Source of the DNA: Macrostomum lignano
Lineage: Eukaryota
Assembly (NCBI GenBank): GCA_002269645.1
Contig: NIVC01001771.1
Coordinates: forward strand, 1-64,000
DNA length: 64,000 nt
Direction: 5' to 3'
A program made the translations under genes and the position numbers. Below are positions 61,143-64,000 of this stretch, piece by piece. The notes under the pieces are model-generated. The model did not search any database and was not told the DNA's origin. It saw only the letters and a list, made by a program, of their open reading frames with translations. Position 1 is the stretch's first letter, and every line of letters begins with the position of its first letter.

Positions 61143-61619
61143 GATTCTCAGTTAATCAAAGTCGCTAAACTGGAAAGCGCTGAAATTGAAAATTATTAAC
61201 TATAATTAATAAAACTTTAATGCCCTTAGATACAAACAACACCAAGAATTTACAAGCATAAGTCTTAATTATCTTTTTCAACATCTATCTAAACTTGAAG
61301 ATTTAAACAAAACTTAAATGATTGCAGGGAAAGAATCAGACGCACCTTCTCACGCACATTTACTATTTACATGCACATAGTTTATGACAGAAATGCTACA
61401 AACATTTTATTGGGTGCGTTAATTTGTTTAATGCAACACACGCGACAACATAAACACTTATTTAAAGCAAAGATTGTTTTTACAGATATATGACATTGTA
61501 AACCGGAGCAATGTAATGCAATTAATAGAAAGAAAGATGTTAGCATTGCGACTTAGCGCATTGTTGTATTCGATAAATATGCAGCGCAATAAAAGTACAT
61601 ATTTATGTAGGTTTTGAGA

Positions 61620-62040
61620 TTGGGATTCCCTTTAGACTGTAGATAGATTGGGATTCCCTTTAGACTGTAGATAGATTGGGATTCCCTTAGACTTTCAGAT
61701 AGATTGGGATTCCCTTAGACTTTCAGATAGATTGGGATTCCCTTAGACTTTCAGATAGATTGGGATTCCCTTAGACTTTCAGATAGATTGGGATTCCCTT
61801 AGACTGCAGATAGATTGGGATTCCCATAGACTTCAGATAGATTGGGATTCCCTTAGACTCCAGATTGGGATTCCCATAGACTTCAGATAGATTGGGATTC
61901 CCTTATACTCCAGATAGATTGGGATTCTCCTATACTCGATAGGTTGGGATTCCCTAAGAGGCCAGATGGGTTGAGATTCCCACAGACTTCTGATAGGTTG
62001 AGATCCCCACAGACTTAAGATAGATTGGGATTCCCACAAA
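61620..62040. repeat. 28-bp tandem repeat between CRNKL1 and GSTZ1
   Basis: (agatagattgggattcccttagactttc)n. Confidence 0.93.
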
Positions 62041-62266
62041 CTTCAGTTAGATTATAAATAGAACCGGTTGTTCAACAATTAAGGGAACAATTTTCATTGA
62101 ATAATGGAATACTAACTCATCAGTTTAAAAGGCTGAAATTGTATAAATATTTTACACTTAAATATTATCTGATCAGCGCACTAGCAGCACTCTCCTGGCT
62201 CCCCCTAGAAGTAGAAAACAGAGAATCCGAAAACCACGCGGGCACCCCAAACGAGTTCGTTAGTCG

Positions 62267-63742
62267 TCAAGGCGAGTCCGCATCCACGCCACCAGCTGCC
62301 GGACGAGGAGGCGACTGCGTATCATCTTCCTCATCATCAGAATCCTCTTCGACATCATCATCGGCATCTTCGCCCTCAGCCTGCTCATCGTCGTCGTCAT
62401 CATCGTCGTCCAAATCGACACCGTCGCCCTGCTGACGCCGACGCCAGCGTCTGGCCAGGCTGAGCAGCCGAAGATTTGGCTGCTGCTGCTCGTCCGGGAA
62501 CAGCAGCTCTTCGAATTCTTCCCAGCCGCCGTCGTCTGTACGGCGACGCCGAGTGGCCCGTTCGGGCATGAGGCCAGCGACCCGGCGCACCCGGGGATCC
62601 CGGTCCACGGCGTCGGGGTCGTCGCCGCCGGCCTGTCGCTTCTCGAACTCCAGCCAGGCCTCCAGCAGGGTGAGCCGCTGCTGCGGGTCGCGGCCAAACC
62701 GCATAGCGGCATCGGCCTCGGAGTAAATCTGCCTGGCAGCGTCAGCACCGTCGCCGTGGGCCTCCTCGAAGCTGGCGAAGCTCAGCCACACCTTCACGTG
62801 CTGAGTCCGTTCGAGCAGCTCCCTATAGAGCGACCTGGCTTTGGCGAATTCTTCAGCTTCGATTTCAAAATCAATGAAACCTTTCCACAGCAGCTCGGGC
62901 AGGTCCAGGCGGGGCTGGCCCACTGCCAACCGGTAGATCGCCCTGGCCCGGTCCAGGTCGCCCAGTACAGTCTCGAATTCGGCGAATCGCATCCAGGTCT
63001 GACAGTTCTCTGGCGAAAATTCTAGAAACTTCTCGTATAATCGGCGGCAACGATCGAATTCTCGCAGTTGAATTTCCAATTCAATGTAGCCGCGAAACAG
63101 TCGCTCCTTGGGACAGCGGCCGAGCGCCTGGCCTAGCAACCGCCTCGCAGCCGTAACGTCGCGTTGTCTGATTTCAAATTTAGCAAATAGTAGCCAAATT
63201 TTAGCAAAGGTGAACTTCTTATGCGGTAGCACTGTCAGGCAGGTCTGGTAGACTTCTCTAGTGCGCGGAATATCACCGGCAACCAGCTCCTCGAATAGGG
63301 CATAGTAGATCCACAGGTAGATGTACCGGCGCCAATGCTGCTTCTCCTCTAGGGGCGGCAGGCAGGCAATCGCTCGCTCGTAGATTCGTCGCACATCGTC
63401 CACCTGTCCGGTGCTGGCCAGCTCCTCCTCGGCCAGGCGGATATAATCGAACCAGGCGTCGTAATTAAGCGGATTGTCTTCTAATTCGGCTTCGTATTTT
63501 ATCCGGCGCTTACTAATAACAACGCTTTCGATTGCGCCCCGGTCGCCGTACTTTTTCTCGTGCACAGTGTAGGCTTTGTAGATGTCGGCCTGCTCAGATT
63601 TGGGCAGATTGTCCAATGCAAACCGGTAGATGAATCTGGCCCGCTCGTGCTCCTTCTGGCGCTCTTCGAATCGGGCGAATTCTATTAGCAGACGGGCGTC
63701 GGGATTCTCGTTGCCGTAGAATTCTACGCCACGTTCGAACAC
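62267..63742 (-). CDS. CRNKL1: Crooked neck (CRNKL1/Clf1) HAT-repeat splicing factor, last exon; upstream exons outside the window
   Basis: FARFEERQKEHERARFIY..KKYGDR..NPLNYDAWFDY..RRYIYLWIYYALFEEL..PHKKFTFAKIW..PNLRLL; ccccag acceptor at 63743. Confidence 0.95.
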   Translation of the reverse strand: MFERGVEFYGNENPDARLLIEFARFEERQKEHERARFIYRFALDNLPKSEQADIYKAYTVHEKKYGDRGAIESVVISKRRIKYEAELEDNPLNYDAWFDYIRLAEEELASTGQVDDVRRIYERAIACLPPLEEKQHWRRYIYLWIYYALFEELVAGDIPRTREVYQTCLTVLPHKKFTFAKIWLLFAKFEIRQRDVTAARRLLGQALGRCPKERLFRGYIELEIQLREFDRCRRLYEKFLEFSPENCQTWMRFAEFETVLGDLDRARAIYRLAVGQPRLDLPELLWKGFIDFEIEAEEFAKARSLYRELLERTQHVKVWLSFASFEEAHGDGADAARQIYSEADAAMRFGRDPQQRLTLLEAWLEFEKRQAGGDDPDAVDRDPRVRRVAGLMPERATRRRRTDDGGWEEFEELLFPDEQQQPNLRLLSLARRWRRRQQGDGVDLDDDDDDDDEQAEGEDADDDVEEDSDDEEDDTQSPPRPAAGGVDADSP

Positions 63743-63884
63743 CTGGGGTTGGGAACGGGCGGGACGCCGGTTATACATGTAGGTTTATTTGAATAGGCTT
63801 CTTGCGATAAAAGGGTAAGGTATAACGAAAGAGTAGGCCAAGGTCTCTGAGGAAAGTCAGATAAAGGAATCAAAACGTGCGCCA

Positions 63885-64000
63885 GGAGTCAGCAGATAAG
63901 GGGAGAGGGGTAAGGGGGTCAGCAGATAAGGGGGGAGGGGTAAGGGGGTCAGCAGATAAGGGGGGAGGGGCAAGGGGATCAGCAGATAAGGGGGGAAGGG
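63885..64000. repeat. 30-bp G-rich tandem repeat (CRNKL1 intron)
   Basis: (gtcagcagataagggggagggggtaagggg)n running to the window end. Confidence 0.88.

Overview
Eukaryotic (metazoan) genomic DNA with GC-rich exons, AT-rich spacers and introns packed with micro- and minisatellites. The style strongly suggests a free-living flatworm such as Macrostomum (inference; no database search was run). Manual splice reconstruction with phase checks gives these genes. On the + strand: a 7-exon Slo1/BK K+ channel (5989-15526, ~1067 aa); a 3-exon divergent CK1-family kinase with HLD/DYG motifs (16827-19037, ~614 aa); and a pseudouridine-catabolism locus (PsuG glycosidase 29502-31050 plus an ATG-less PfkB/PsuK kinase exon ~32387-33613) nested antisense in intron 1 of ODF2. 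On the - strand: ODF2/cenexin (35266-21584); SDCCAG8 (43680-37573, first exon not found); an intronless secreted mucin-like orphan (50106-48814); SPT20 (57612-55174); GSTZ1 (61142-59560); and the 3' part of CRNKL1/crooked neck (63742-62267). Mobile DNA includes a Penelope-type hammerhead ribozyme with an inverted duplicate, non-LTR (RNase H- and RTE-type) fragments, a mariner fragment, a tRNA-derived CORE-like SINE, a 697-bp foldback element with an 8-bp TSD, further MITE-like hairpins and a dispersed element carrying a CT-microsatellite. Most long ORFs in the ORF track are artefacts of tandem repeats. No CRISPR array, rRNA or bona fide tRNA gene was seen. Family assignments come from remembered motifs and should be confirmed by BLAST/HMMER; splice models need RNA-seq.
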